Shown piece after piece: positions 1 to 10,289 of a DNA stretch of 64,000 bases. The notes beneath the pieces are model-generated. The model was not told where the DNA came from. It worked only from the letters and a program-made list of their open reading frames with translations, and made no database searches. Origin of the DNA: Coraliomargaritaceae bacterium (lineage in GTDB: Bacteria > Verrucomicrobiota > Verrucomicrobiia > Opitutales > Coraliomargaritaceae); NCBI GenBank assembly GCA_965656495.1, contig CBFHKU010000001.1, positions 50,781 through 114,780 on the forward strand, read 5' to 3'. Position numbers and translations under genes: made by a program. Each line of letters starts with the position of its first letter. Positions within the stretch are counted from its first letter, which is position 1.

Positions 1-835
1 ACGCGACGGCAAAAAAGCGATTGAGGAACGCTACGGCAACCTCTTCGAGATGTATCAACGCATCACCGGAGACGATCCCTACAGCACCCCCATGATGATT
101 TTCCCGGCGGTGCACTACACCATGGGCGGACTCTGGGTCGATTATAACCTCGAGAGCACCATCCCCGGCCTCTTCGTCGGCGGTGAGGCAAATTTCTCCG
201 ATCACGGCGCGAACCGCCTCGGTGCCTCCGCCCTCATGCAGGGCCTTGCAGACGGTTACTTCGTCCTGCCCTACACCGTCGGTAACTACCTCAGCGAACA
301 GGGCATTGCCTCCGCCGGAACCGTCACCACCGAGCATCCCGCCTTCGCAGAAGTCGAGGCCGCCGTTCAGGCCCGCGTCGAAAAACTCCTTTCCATCAAC
401 GGTACCCAATCCGCCCGTTCCTTCCATAAACGTCTCGGTAAAATCATCTGGGACGAATGCGGGATGGCACGTTCCCGCGAAGGCCTCGAAGGCGCGATCC
501 AGCAAATCCAGGCCCTCCGCAAGGAATTCTGGAGCGACCTCCGCGTTCCGGGTGACGCCAATGGCATCAACCCCGAACTCGAACGCGCCGGACGCGTCGC
601 CGACTTCATGGAATTCGGCGAACTCATGTGCCGTGACGCTCTCATGCGCGAGGAATCCTGCGGCGGGCATTTCCGCGTCGAGTATCAAACCGACGAAGGC
701 GAGGCGCTCCGCAACGACAGCGACTACACCTTCGTGGGCGTTTGGGAATATCAGGGCGACGACACCGAACCCGCCCTTCACAAGGAACCCCTCATTTACG
801 ACAACGTCGAGCTCGCGACCCGCAGCTACAAATAA
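1..835 (+). CDS. sdhA: Succinate dehydrogenase/fumarate reductase flavoprotein subunit, C-terminal part (5' end outside window)
   Basis: Motifs [17 protein letters not shown] and [10 protein letters not shown]; frame is open from position 2; directly upstream of the Fe-S subunit. Confidence 0.95.
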   Translation, partial: RDGKKAIEERYGNLFEMYQRITGDDPYSTPMMIFPAVHYTMGGLWVDYNLESTIPGLFVGGEANFSDHGANRLGASALMQGLADGYFVLPYTVGNYLSEQGIASAGTVTTEHPAFAEVEAAVQARVEKLLSINGTQSARSFHKRLGKIIWDECGMARSREGLEGAIQQIQALRKEFWSDLRVPGDANGINPELERAGRVADFMEFGELMCRDALMREESCGGHFRVEYQTDEGEALRNDSDYTFVGVWEYQGDDTEPALHKEPLIYDNVELATRSYK

Positions 836-865
836 AAAGCAAACTTTAAAACAACCCTACACATC

Positions 866-1627
866 ATGAAATTAAACCTTCGCATTTGGCGTCAAAAAAG
901 CCCCCTCGACAAGGGCCGCTTCGAAGATTACCAACTCGACAACGTCTCCGAGGATTCCTCCTTTCTCGAAATGCTCGACCTCCTCTGTGAGGACCTCGTA
1001 GCACAAGGACAGGAAGCCCTCGCCTTTGATCACGATTGCCGCGAAGGCATCTGCGGGATGTGCGCCCTCACCATCAACGGCATCCCCCACGGTCCCGAGC
1101 AACAGACCACCACCTGCCAGCTCCACATGCGCCATTTCAAAGACGGCGAGACCATCACCATCGAGCCCTGGCGCGCCAAGCCCCTGCCCGTCATCAAAGA
1201 CCTCGTCGTCGATCGCAGTCCCCTCGACCGCATCATCCAGTCCGGCGGCTTCATCACCGCCCGCACCGGTAGCGCCGTCGATGCCAACGCCATTCCCATT
1301 CCAAAACAAACCGCCGACACCGCGATGGATGCCGCCGCCTGTATCGGTTGTGGCGCCTGCGTCGCCGCCTGTCCCAACGCTTCCGCGATGCTCTTTACCG
1401 CCGCCAAAGTCACCCACATGAACAGCCTCCCGCAGGGTAAGGTCGAAAAAGACCGCCGCACCCTCGTGATGGTCAGCACCATGGACGACGAAGGCTTCGG
1501 CGGTTGCACCAACGTCGGCGAATGCGAGGCAGTCTGCCCCAAAGGCATCGCTCTCGATATGATCGCACAACTCAACCGCGACTACACCTCCGCCCAAGTC
1601 AAAAACCTCTTCCAGCCCGTCAATTAG
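866..1627 (+). CDS. sdhB: Succinate dehydrogenase/fumarate reductase iron-sulfur subunit
   Basis: [21 protein letters not shown] and [12 protein letters not shown] clusters; DLVVD motif. Confidence 0.95.
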   Translation: MKLNLRIWRQKSPLDKGRFEDYQLDNVSEDSSFLEMLDLLCEDLVAQGQEALAFDHDCREGICGMCALTINGIPHGPEQQTTTCQLHMRHFKDGETITIEPWRAKPLPVIKDLVVDRSPLDRIIQSGGFITARTGSAVDANAIPIPKQTADTAMDAAACIGCGACVAACPNASAMLFTAAKVTHMNSLPQGKVEKDRRTLVMVSTMDDEGFGGCTNVGECEAVCPKGIALDMIAQLNRDYTSAQVKNLFQPVN

Positions 1628-1643
1628 CCGCTTGCTGGATACA

Positions 1644-2012
1644 GTGGAAGCGGCAATCCTGCCGCTTTGCCTGTACGGCTTGGGTTGGAAAGCGACAGGA
1701 GTGTCGCTTCTACGGTATGGGTTGTATCTTGTGGAAGCGGCAATCCTGCCGCTTTGCTTGTACGGCTTGGGTTGGAAAGCGACAAGAGTGTCGCTTCTAC
1801 GGTATAGGCTGTATTTGGTGGAAGCGGCAATCCTGCCGCTTTGGTTGTACGGCTTGGGTTGGAAAGCGACAAGAGTGTCGCTTCTACGGTATGGGTTGTA
1901 GCTTGTGGAAGCGGCAATCCTGCCGCTTTGGCTGTACGGCTTGGGTTGAAAAGCGACAGGAGTGTCGCTTCCACGGCCGGTTGCTCGAAAGCGACAAGAG
2001 TGTCGCTTCCAC
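1644..2012. repeat. Tandem array of inverted REP pairs (BIME/REPIN-like), 87-bp period x4 plus one extra REP
   Basis: GTGGAAGCGGCAATCCTGCCGCTTT at 1644, 1731, 1818 and 1905, each followed by an inverted GT(A/G)GAAGCGACACTC(C/T)TGTCGCTTT; extra inverted copy at 1988-2012. Confidence 0.92.
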
Positions 2013-2139
2013 GGCCGGTGGTTGAACATCGAACGTTGAAGGGGAGTGAGATTAAGATTAGGATTAAGAATAAGATTAAGAGAGGGTGGTTCCAACTAAC
2101 AACTAACAACCACCACCACCAACTAACAACCACCCTCAA
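2013..2139. repeat. Micro-repeat modules (7-bp GAACATC/CAACTAA and 6-bp GATTAA types)
   Basis: 1988-2110 matches 50847-50969 with about 9 mismatches in 123 bp. Confidence 0.9.
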
Positions 2140-4650
2140 TCAACAACCCCCCACCACCCAATCGGGGTCGCCGGTTTCCCAGAGGAGGCCTTGGGGGTCG
2201 GGTTCGTTGCCGAAGGTGTCGCGGAGGTGCCCGGCGATGGATTTGCTTTGGATGGTTCCGGCGGGTTGGATGAGGTAGAGGGCGCGGCGGGCGCGGGTCA
2301 TGCCAACGTAGGCGAGGCAGAGGTTTCCGAAGTCGCGCTGTTGGGCGTCGTTTTCGGGGAGGGCGGCGAGTTGGGGGTCGGCCTGCATGCAGTCGCTCTT
2401 GAAGGGTTCGAGAATCCAGTCGATGCTGCCGTCGCTTTTGCGGTGGGGGGCGATGCGTCCTTCGGTGGGGCCGGCGTGGGATTCGGCGGCGAGGATGACG
2501 GCGTCGTATTCGAGTCCTTTGGAACGGTGGATGGTTTCAATGATAACGTTGCCTCGGGCGTCTTCGTTGGAGCTGCGCTCGGTGAGGAATTCGTGGAAGC
2601 CGTCGAGGTGGCGCTCGTCCTCGTATTGGTAATCGCGGGCGTATTCGCAGAGTCGGTCGAGGCGTTGTTGGTGGCGTTGATCGTCGGTGGGAAGTTTGGT
2701 GCGGATTTGATCGGCGGCCCATTCGGTGGCGCGGGTGTAGCCGTCGAGGTGGAGGCGGTCGCGGAATTCCGGGGCGCGGTCGGCGAGTTTGGCGCCGGGG
2801 GTATGGTGGTCGAGCCACTGGAGGTACCCGCGGGCGAGGGCATCGCCCGGGTGGGCGGCGAGGCGGAGGAATTGGAGGAGGGTCGCGCTGGCGGCGTTGT
2901 CGGTGGCGGGTCGGGTCGCGGATCCGGTCTGGATCGGGAGGCCGGGGATTTCGGCGCGGAGGTAATCGGCGAGGGCGGTAGCGTCTTTGTTTTGACGGAC
3001 GAGGCAACCGACGCTGATTTTGTTTTGGAGGGGTTTGAGGGAAAGGAGGAGATCGCGGGTGCGTTCCCATTCGGTGCAATTTTCGGCCTCGCTGGCTTGG
3101 AGGACGCAGGCGTAACCCTTGAGTTCGGCATTGTCGGGTGCGGCTTGGTGGGTTTCCCATGCCTTCGACCAACGCTCCGCGACGGCGGGTGAGAGACGGG
3201 CGGCGAGGGCGGCGGGGTCGTCAAAGGCGGTGTTGACGGCATGGAGAACGGCGGGGGCGGAACGCCAGGAGGTCGCGAGGCGTTTGCTTTGGATGGCGGG
3301 GTGGTAGTGTTGTTGGATTTCGTGGAAGAGGCGGTCGTCGCCCCCGCGCCAGAGGTAGAGGCATTGCTTGGTGTCGCCCACGTAGAAGAGGGAACGCTGA
3401 CCGGACTCGTCCTGCACGATTTCGTCGATGAGGTTTTGCACGACCGCCCACTGGGGTCGGCTGGTGTCCTGAAATTCGTCGAAGAGCCAATGGTCAAAAC
3501 GGCTGTCGAGACGGAACTCAAGGAGGAGGCGCGCGGCGGGATCGGCGGGGGCGAGGAGGGCGCCTGCTTCGTCGGGGCTGGGGCTGAGGAGGCGGGTGAG
3601 GTCGGCAAAACTGAGGCGCCCCGGGCGGCGGACGATGCGGTCGTAGTTTTGATGGTATGCTTGTAGGATGCGGTGGACGCCTCGGGTGTTTTGGAGGGCG
3701 CGGCGGAGGTGGTGGGCAAAGATCGCCTCGGCGCAGGCGAGGAGGGCGGCGTGGAGGGGGGCGCTCAGTTCCACAAGTTTGGGGCTGCCGAGTTTAACGA
3801 AGCGGTTGCCTTTCCGGCATTCGGGGAGGTCGTTGAGGGTGTTGTTGAGGAGGGTGTTGGTTTTTTCCTTGGCCGGGTATTCCTCGGTGTGGATGGCGGC
3901 TTTGAGGATGAACCCGCGTTGACGCATGGTGAGTGCGCTTTCGTCTTCGGCGGCGTCGCGGAGTTGGGCGGCGAGTTGGGACCAGTCGATTTCGGCCTGC
4001 GGGTCTGCGGTGAGCGGGGATGCGTCGGGGTCTTGCCAGATCGCGCTTTCCTGTCCCCAGAGCGCGGGGTCGGGGGCTTCGAGGTAGAGACCGTAGAGGT
4101 TTTCGATGAATTGGGAGACGGTTGTTTCAACGCTGCGGGTTTGTTGTCCGTGGGTCGCCTGTTTGAAGGCTTGCCAGAATTCGGTGAGTTCCTCGTCGAG
4201 TTCTCCGCGGCGATGGACGAGGGCATCGCAGACCGCGCGGCGGAGGCGGGGTTCGCTGCTGGCATCGAGGAGTTGGAGGTTGCCGGTGAGGCCGAGCTCA
4301 AGGGCGAAGGCGCTGACGATGCGGAAGAAGAAACTGTCAAGGGTCTGGAGGTTGAGGCGGTGCATGGAGCGCACCACGAGTCGCAGGAGGGCGTGGTAGC
4401 GGGCGGCGTCGGCCTCGATGCCGAGTTCGCGGGAGAGTTGCGCGGCGGCATCGGGGGAAGCGGCGGCGTTGCTGAGTTTCCCGATGATGCGGTTGAAGAA
4501 TTCCCCGGCGGCGTTGCGGGTAAAGGTGAGCGCGATGATGCGTTCCGGTTGCTCCGCGAGGTGCAAGAGGGTGATGAAACGGTTCGTGAGCTGGTAGGTT
4601 TTACCGGAGCCCGCGGAGGCCGCGATCGCTATGTTTTGAAGGGATAGCAT
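2140..4650 (-). CDS. addA: AddA/RecB-like UvrD-family helicase lacking the C-terminal nuclease domain
   Basis: Walker A ASAGSGKT, LTFTRNAAGE, DEFQDTS, VGDTKQCLY, TIHRSKGLE, YVGMTRAR; start set at ATG 4650; overlaps the addB-like gene. Confidence 0.8.
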   Translation of the reverse strand: MLSLQNIAIAASAGSGKTYQLTNRFITLLHLAEQPERIIALTFTRNAAGEFFNRIIGKLSNAAASPDAAAQLSRELGIEADAARYHALLRLVVRSMHRLNLQTLDSFFFRIVSAFALELGLTGNLQLLDASSEPRLRRAVCDALVHRRGELDEELTEFWQAFKQATHGQQTRSVETTVSQFIENLYGLYLEAPDPALWGQESAIWQDPDASPLTADPQAEIDWSQLAAQLRDAAEDESALTMRQRGFILKAAIHTEEYPAKEKTNTLLNNTLNDLPECRKGNRFVKLGSPKLVELSAPLHAALLACAEAIFAHHLRRALQNTRGVHRILQAYHQNYDRIVRRPGRLSFADLTRLLSPSPDEAGALLAPADPAARLLLEFRLDSRFDHWLFDEFQDTSRPQWAVVQNLIDEIVQDESGQRSLFYVGDTKQCLYLWRGGDDRLFHEIQQHYHPAIQSKRLATSWRSAPAVLHAVNTAFDDPAALAARLSPAVAERWSKAWETHQAAPDNAELKGYACVLQASEAENCTEWERTRDLLLSLKPLQNKISVGCLVRQNKDATALADYLRAEIPGLPIQTGSATRPATDNAASATLLQFLRLAAHPGDALARGYLQWLDHHTPGAKLADRAPEFRDRLHLDGYTRATEWAADQIRTKLPTDDQRHQQRLDRLCEYARDYQYEDERHLDGFHEFLTERSSNEDARGNVIIETIHRSKGLEYDAVILAAESHAGPTEGRIAPHRKSDGSIDWILEPFKSDCMQADPQLAALPENDAQQRDFGNLCLAYVGMTRARRALYLIQPAGTIQSKSIAGHLRDTFGNEPDPQGLLWETGDPDWVVGGC

Positions 4651-7373
4651 TTGAAAGTTTCGGGATCGACGGTGTTTTCGATACCGTCGGGGAAGAGGGC
4701 GGCGAAATCGTCGTAGGATTCGCGGAGCTTGGCGTTGGGCGGCCAGAAGACTCCCGCTTTGATTTGTTGGATGACCTCCACCGCGCACTCGCGGGCGGAG
4801 TCGAGGTGAGCTTCGGTGAAGTCGTCCCAATAATCGAAGGCGCTTTTATCGAGGGTCTTGGCGAGGTTGATATAAGCGAGGCGGGGGCGCCGGGTTTCGG
4901 GGTATGCCTCGCGGGCGGCGAGGGCGTAGAGCGGGAGTTGGAGGTCGGTCCAACGGTAGGTCTTGCCGTCGAGATCAAAGAAGGCGCCACCGGGCAAATG
5001 CTTGGGGGTGGACGCGGCGGTGGCGGTGGCGAGGTGCGCGGCGGCGGGGGTCTTGGGATTGTCGGCGGTCTTGTAATCGTAGAGGATGAGGCCCGCGTCT
5101 CCCGAGTCGACGCGGTCGATGAAGCCTTTTATTTTAAACCCTTCGAGGATCATTTCAAATCGCTGCTCGGCGGCGCGGACTTCGGTGGCACCGTGGGTTT
5201 CGAGGTCTTCGGCCTGACGGGTCACAAAAGCCTGGAGGCGACCTTCGAGGGCTTCCTGTTGGAGGCGAAGCGCGAAGGAGGGTTGTTTCCCGTAACGCCG
5301 CTCGAGATTTTTCGCGATGCTGGATTTCAGTTCGCGGGCGAGCGCATCGGTGTCGAGAGGATTCTTTAGTTGGCGACCCTCGAGCTCGGCGAGGACATCG
5401 TGGAGGCGGTTGCCGAAATTTGCGGGGGTCAGTTCGCGCGCCGCGAGTTCGGCGGGGCGAAGTCCCATGACATGGCGCAGGAAAAAACGGAAGGGGCATT
5501 GCAGGTAGCTACGGAGACTGCTCGGCGAGAAATGCTCCGGGAGGGAAAGCCCCGGCGGGGGGGCGAGCCGCCAGGGGAGGCTGTGGATCAGGCTGGGCGC
5601 GCGCGCTTCGTCGTCATCCTGAAAGAAGGCTTGGATGCGCTGGAGGAATTCGGCGTTGGGCGCCTGAAAGAGGAGGCGGGAGGGTTTGGCGGGGGTGCCG
5701 TCCGCGAGGGTTTGCGGGACGAGGAACTGGAGGCGCCCGCGGTCTCCGGCGCGGCGGTGGCAGAGCGCCTCGAGGAGGTAGGCGTCGCGCGCGAAGCGTT
5801 GCGCCTCGGTGCGGAGGCCGAGGATTTCGCGGAGGGTTTCAGGGAGGAAGCTGTCGGCGGGGCGGGCTTCCGGAACGATCCCTTCATTGAGGCCGGCGAG
5901 GCTGAGGTGGGGCGCGTCATCCCAGAGCAATTCGAGCCAACCGAGGAGGTCGTGGGCGCCATCGGGGCGCGGGGGGTAGGCTTTGCTTTTGCGGAGGGCT
6001 TGCTTGAAGGCGAGGCGGTGGAAGGCGGGGGGGAGTTTCGCGAAATGCTTGGCGGCCTCGATTCCCGCCGCGAGGCAAGGTTCGAGGTTTTCGTCGAGCT
6101 CGGCGCTTTCGTTGGCGGCGGCGAGCGCCTGCAGGTGGTCGCGCAGGGCTTCGGGGAAATTGGATGCCTGGAGGAGGGCGCGGCGGGTCGCGTCGATTTT
6201 TTTGAGGGCTAGGGAGAGCGGGGCTTCGTAGGCGAATTGAAGGAGGGTTTCGAGGTTCGAGACGAGGTGTTTCTCAAAGATCGTATCGACCGCGATGAGG
6301 AGGTTTTCGGCGGGGGCTCCGGTGTCGAGCCAACGATGGTTGAGGGGGTTTTGCAGGAGGGCGCGGAGGTTTTGCAGGCTGGCCTGTTCGCAGAGATTGC
6401 ACCAGAGCTCCGCGAGGTGACCGCTTCCGCTGAGGTGGAGGGCGCGGCCCTCGGGATCGTAAGCGGGGAGTCCTTTTTGTTGGAGGGCACGTTCCGCATA
6501 GGGCGCGAGGCTGGGATCTGCGAGTCCGAGGCAAGGGGCTTCCGGCGCGGCGGCGACGCTTTCCGCGAGCCTTGCGGCGCATTCGCGGGGATCGCGGCAG
6601 GGAAGAAGTTCCGCGCCCCAGTCCTCGAATTGAAGGGGGCGCTCCGCCCAGAGCTCCGGGAGGGGACGGCCCCAGCTATCAAAACAATCGGCGGGCCCGT
6701 AATGCCAGACTTCGACCGTCACGGATTCCGCCTGCGCGAGGGCGAGGAGGGGGAGTGCTTGCGGGTCGGGGATTGCGAGGAGGAGGATTTGTTCGATTCC
6801 TTCCGGGGGGCGGTAGTTTTCGGCGGCGGCGCGGCGGGCGAGGATGGGGTCTTCCAGTTTGCGGGCGTGCAGGGTTTCGAGGTAGTGGCTTTCGAGGCGG
6901 GCGAGTTGCCGCCAACGATCGCTTTCCAGTCCCGCCTCGGCGGCTTTTTCGGCAGCGGTTGCGAGGGTTAGGCCGGCTTCTCCGAGTTCGCGGCGGAGTT
7001 GCAGGAGGCTTTGCGCCATGGAGAGGAACCAGGCGGTGGTGGCGGGGGGTTCCTTCGGGAAGACCGCGGGGTAGTCCGAAAATTTCACGGCATTCAGGCT
7101 CGCAAACCATGCGGCGAGCAGGGCGCCCTCGCCCACCGGCGGGGTGGGGAGGCTTGCCGCGAGAAAGGCATCGGGGGTCTGGATGGCGGGGAGTTTTAAA
7201 TCGGCTTGCTGCGCGAGGAGGCTCTGGCGGAGACGGCGCCCCGCTTGCCGGGTCGGGACCAGCGCAAGGAGGTGGCTGAGGTCCTTGCCTTCATTGGTGG
7301 CCCGCTCGAGGAGTCCCGCGGTGACGGCGGGCAGGAGCGGGGCGTTCCAGTCGAGGCGGTGGTGCTGCAGCAT
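4629..7373 (-). CDS. addB: AddB-like protein with C-terminal PD-(D/E)XK nuclease
   Basis: FSPSSLRSYLQCPFRFF, KGFIDRVD, YDYKT, LQLPLY; start set at MLQHH (7373). Confidence 0.78.
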   Translation of the reverse strand: MLQHHRLDWNAPLLPAVTAGLLERATNEGKDLSHLLALVPTRQAGRRLRQSLLAQQADLKLPAIQTPDAFLAASLPTPPVGEGALLAAWFASLNAVKFSDYPAVFPKEPPATTAWFLSMAQSLLQLRRELGEAGLTLATAAEKAAEAGLESDRWRQLARLESHYLETLHARKLEDPILARRAAAENYRPPEGIEQILLLAIPDPQALPLLALAQAESVTVEVWHYGPADCFDSWGRPLPELWAERPLQFEDWGAELLPCRDPRECAARLAESVAAAPEAPCLGLADPSLAPYAERALQQKGLPAYDPEGRALHLSGSGHLAELWCNLCEQASLQNLRALLQNPLNHRWLDTGAPAENLLIAVDTIFEKHLVSNLETLLQFAYEAPLSLALKKIDATRRALLQASNFPEALRDHLQALAAANESAELDENLEPCLAAGIEAAKHFAKLPPAFHRLAFKQALRKSKAYPPRPDGAHDLLGWLELLWDDAPHLSLAGLNEGIVPEARPADSFLPETLREILGLRTEAQRFARDAYLLEALCHRRAGDRGRLQFLVPQTLADGTPAKPSRLLFQAPNAEFLQRIQAFFQDDDEARAPSLIHSLPWRLAPPPGLSLPEHFSPSSLRSYLQCPFRFFLRHVMGLRPAELAARELTPANFGNRLHDVLAELEGRQLKNPLDTDALARELKSSIAKNLERRYGKQPSFALRLQQEALEGRLQAFVTRQAEDLETHGATEVRAAEQRFEMILEGFKIKGFIDRVDSGDAGLILYDYKTADNPKTPAAAHLATATAASTPKHLPGGAFFDLDGKTYRWTDLQLPLYALAAREAYPETRRPRLAYINLAKTLDKSAFDYWDDFTEAHLDSARECAVEVIQQIKAGVFWPPNAKLRESYDDFAALFPDGIENTVDPETFKCYPFKT

Positions 7374-7507
7374 ATTATTGAAAAATCTAGAGCAGTGCGG
7401 GGCAGGTTGAAAGTAAAACTGCGATGAATTTTCAACGGGGAGATGCGGGGCAGTTTGGAATTTCAAAGAGGCTCGCATTTTGAGCCAGTTCAACTAGTTT
7501 TTTACAA

Positions 7508-7792
7508 ATGAAGAGCTTACAGGAAAGAGAAGTGGGTGCCTTCGAGGCGAGGAAGAAATTTTCGTCCTTGTTGGATGCGGCTTCGCGCGGACAGCGCATC
7601 TGGATCACAAAGCACGGCAAGCGCGTGGCGCTACTCTGCTCGGGTCTGGGCACCGTCGATACCGAAACAGAGAATTTGGTAGAGCTTGCTCAAAAAATCC
7701 GTGCCTCGGCCAAACCCGGCAAGGAAACACTCAAGGAGCTGATTGAGGAGGGCCGCGGAACCTCAGGCGAGGTCGGCGAGGAGTTGTTGTAG
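7508..7792 (+). CDS. Phd/YefM (prevent-host-death) family antitoxin, no cognate toxin adjacent
   Basis: EVGAFEARKKFSSLLDAASRGQRIWITKHGKRVALL is the typical Phd N-terminal pattern. Confidence 0.85.
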   Translation: MKSLQEREVGAFEARKKFSSLLDAASRGQRIWITKHGKRVALLCSGLGTVDTETENLVELAQKIRASAKPGKETLKELIEEGRGTSGEVGEELL

Positions 7793-8071
7793 CTCGGCGG
7801 CGGGTTCGCGGTGGTCCTGCGCGATGGCGAGTTGGAGGGCGTTTTCGAGGATCGGTTTGGCGGTGGCGGCTTGTCCGTCCTGAAGGAGGGCCTTGCCGAG
7901 GAGGATGCGGGGGAGCATCCAATCGTCACGGGATTGCACGCAGCGTTCGAGGTGGGGAATGGCGGCGAGGGCTTCGCCTTCTTCAGTGAGGGCCTGGGCG
8001 AGGCTGAAGCGGAAAAGTATATTGTCGGGCTGGGCTTCGACCTTCGGAATAAAGAGTTCGGATTTTTTCAT
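7763..8071 (-). CDS. Small tetratricopeptide-repeat protein
   Basis: TPR-like helices FSLAQAL...AIPHLERC and ILLGKALL...AKPILENA. Confidence 0.7.
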   Translation of the reverse strand: MKKSELFIPKVEAQPDNILFRFSLAQALTEEGEALAAIPHLERCVQSRDDWMLPRILLGKALLQDGQAATAKPILENALQLAIAQDHREPAAELQQLLADLA

Positions 8072-8105
8072 GGGAATCGGGTGTGGGTTTTATAGGAAGG
8101 ATGCT

Positions 8106-10184
8106 TCAGGTAAAAGCGGATTCGTCAAAGACCGCTTCGCGATTTTGAAGGCTGAAGCGTTCGTAGTTCCGCATTGGGAGGGCTTCGAGGAAATGCCGAC
8201 CGTAGGGCTTGGTGAGGATGCGGGAATCGAGGACCACGATGTTGCCCCGGTCGCTCTCGCGGCGGATGAGTCGCCCGACGCCCTGACGGAACCGCACCAC
8301 TGCATCGGGGATGGCGATATCGGCAAAGGGGTTGCCGCCCTGCATGCGGCAATGTTCGCTGCGTGCCTCGCTGACGGGATGTCCGGGGTGTTCAAAGGGG
8401 AGGCGGGTGATGATGACTTGGGAGAGGGCGGGGCCGGGGACGTCGACCCCCGTCCAGAAACTATCGGTGCCGAAGAGGACGCCGTTGCCTGCTTCGGCGA
8501 AGCGGCGGGTGAGCTCTGAGCGTCCGTGGTCGAGGCCCTGTGCGAAAAGGGGGCGGTTGATTTTTTTAAAGAAATCGGCGTTGCGTTCGCGGACCTTGCG
8601 AAGGTCGAGATGACTGGTGAAAAGGACGAGGGTGCCGCCCGTAACGCGACGGCTGCACCAAGCGATCATATTGGCGAGGTAATCGAGGTCGAGGCGACCA
8701 GCGCCGGGTTGCGGCAGGGGCGCGTCTTTCGCGATCAAGAGGCGGGTATGGTTGGGGTAATCAAAGGGGGAGGATTCCATTTGTGCCTCGGCGGCTTCCG
8801 CGCCGACTTTGCTTTGAAAACGGTCGAGATGGTTTCCGTCTGAAAGGGTGGCACTGGTGAGGACGGCGGCGGTGTGGCGGCTGAAGAGGGTCTCGCGCAG
8901 GGCGGGCGCGACGTCGAGGGGGGCGCTGCGCAGGGAGACGATTTGCCCTTTCTTCCCGCCGCGTTCGAGCCAATGGACATGGCCTTCTTCGGCAAGGGCG
9001 ATGAATCCGCTGACCGCATCGCAATACCCGAGGAGGCGTTTTCGGTGGTCGCGGAGTTCGTCCTGTTGGCGTTCGTCGTCGGTTTTTTGGATGCGGGCGG
9101 CGAGGCGTTCGGTGACGGCTTTGAGGGGACCGCTCAGGATGTTCTCGCAAAACTCCGGTTCGTGAATGCGGCGGATGGGATCTTTGGTGAGGAAGGTGTC
9201 GTGCAGGTAGCTGAAGAATTCGTGATTGGCGGCGAGGGCTTCCTCAATCGCGATGAAGTCGTAATAATCGCCTTCTTTTTTGAGGGCGCCGCGATTGTTG
9301 CGGGGATTGTAGAGACGTTTGAGGGCGCGATCGACGGCGTAGTTGCTGAGATGGATGCCGAAGTGATCGGTGGCGATGGCGGGGATGCGGTGGGCTTCGT
9401 CGAGGATGACAAAATCGTCGGGCAGTAGGACGCCGGGTTGTTCGCCGCCCGGTGGCATACCGGCGTTGATAAGGGCGAAGAGGAGGCTGTGGTTTACAAT
9501 GACGCAGTTCGCCTCTTGGACCTGTTGGCGGGCGCGCTGATAGAAACAGGCGGCGGGGTCGCAGTTTTTGCGGGAACAGGTGGAACTGTCGGCATTGACG
9601 GCGTCCCAGACGTTTGGGAGGGGCGGGGGCGAAAGTTCCTGCACGACCCCGTTGCCGCTTTCGGCGGACCATTTCGCGAGGCGGATGAGGTCGTTTTTTT
9701 CGTCGTTCGGGAACAGGTCGGCCTGTCCGCTCTGGGCGTCCTTGAGGGCATTTTTGAGACGGGTGGTGCAGCAATAATTGCCGCGACCGACCATGAGGGC
9801 GGTTTTGAATGCAGCGAAGGGTTTGAGTTCCGGGACCGCCCTGAAAAGTTCGCGGCAGATTTTGAGGTCCTTGCTACGGATTTGTTCCTGGAGGGAGATG
9901 GTATGGCTGGAAATGACGCAGGGGCGCTCGGTGCTGACGGCGTGGATGAGGCCCGGGATGAGGTAGGCGAGGCTTTTGCCGACTCCGGTGCCCGCTTCGA
10001 AGAGGAGGGGTTTGCCGGATTCGAGGGAATCGGCCACCGCGAGCGCCATGGCGCATTGTTGGGGTCGATGATCGAGTTGAAGCACGGTCTGGAGGTGGCC
10101 GCCTTCCTTGAAGATGGCCTCGACAAGCGGCATGAGGTAACCCGCCACGGGGGCGCTGCCGCTGTTTTCGATGAGTCCGATCAT
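8106..10184 (-). CDS. DinG/YoaA family ATP-dependent DNA helicase with Fe-S cluster
   Basis: EAGTGVGKS, GRGNYCC, CSRKNC...CFY, DEAH, TSATL, FWTGVDVPG, QGVGRLIR; start uncertain. Confidence 0.9.
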   Translation of the reverse strand: MIGLIENSGSAPVAGYLMPLVEAIFKEGGHLQTVLQLDHRPQQCAMALAVADSLESGKPLLFEAGTGVGKSLAYLIPGLIHAVSTERPCVISSHTISLQEQIRSKDLKICRELFRAVPELKPFAAFKTALMVGRGNYCCTTRLKNALKDAQSGQADLFPNDEKNDLIRLAKWSAESGNGVVQELSPPPLPNVWDAVNADSSTCSRKNCDPAACFYQRARQQVQEANCVIVNHSLLFALINAGMPPGGEQPGVLLPDDFVILDEAHRIPAIATDHFGIHLSNYAVDRALKRLYNPRNNRGALKKEGDYYDFIAIEEALAANHEFFSYLHDTFLTKDPIRRIHEPEFCENILSGPLKAVTERLAARIQKTDDERQQDELRDHRKRLLGYCDAVSGFIALAEEGHVHWLERGGKKGQIVSLRSAPLDVAPALRETLFSRHTAAVLTSATLSDGNHLDRFQSKVGAEAAEAQMESSPFDYPNHTRLLIAKDAPLPQPGAGRLDLDYLANMIAWCSRRVTGGTLVLFTSHLDLRKVRERNADFFKKINRPLFAQGLDHGRSELTRRFAEAGNGVLFGTDSFWTGVDVPGPALSQVIITRLPFEHPGHPVSEARSEHCRMQGGNPFADIAIPDAVVRFRQGVGRLIRRESDRGNIVVLDSRILTKPYGRHFLEALPMRNYERFSLQNREAVFDESAFT

Positions 10185-10289
10185 AGCTCTACAGAGGAAC
10201 ACTAAATGCGGGCTTTGGAAAGCGCAGAGGGAATTCTTTTTATTTCATCCTTGGGGTTTGGGCGCGTAAAGATACAGTAATCAGGCAAG

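Noticed and set aside
1644..2012. CRISPR array
   Set aside because: The intervening sequences are near-identical rather than unique spacers, units are inverted palindrome pairs, and no cas genes are in the window.
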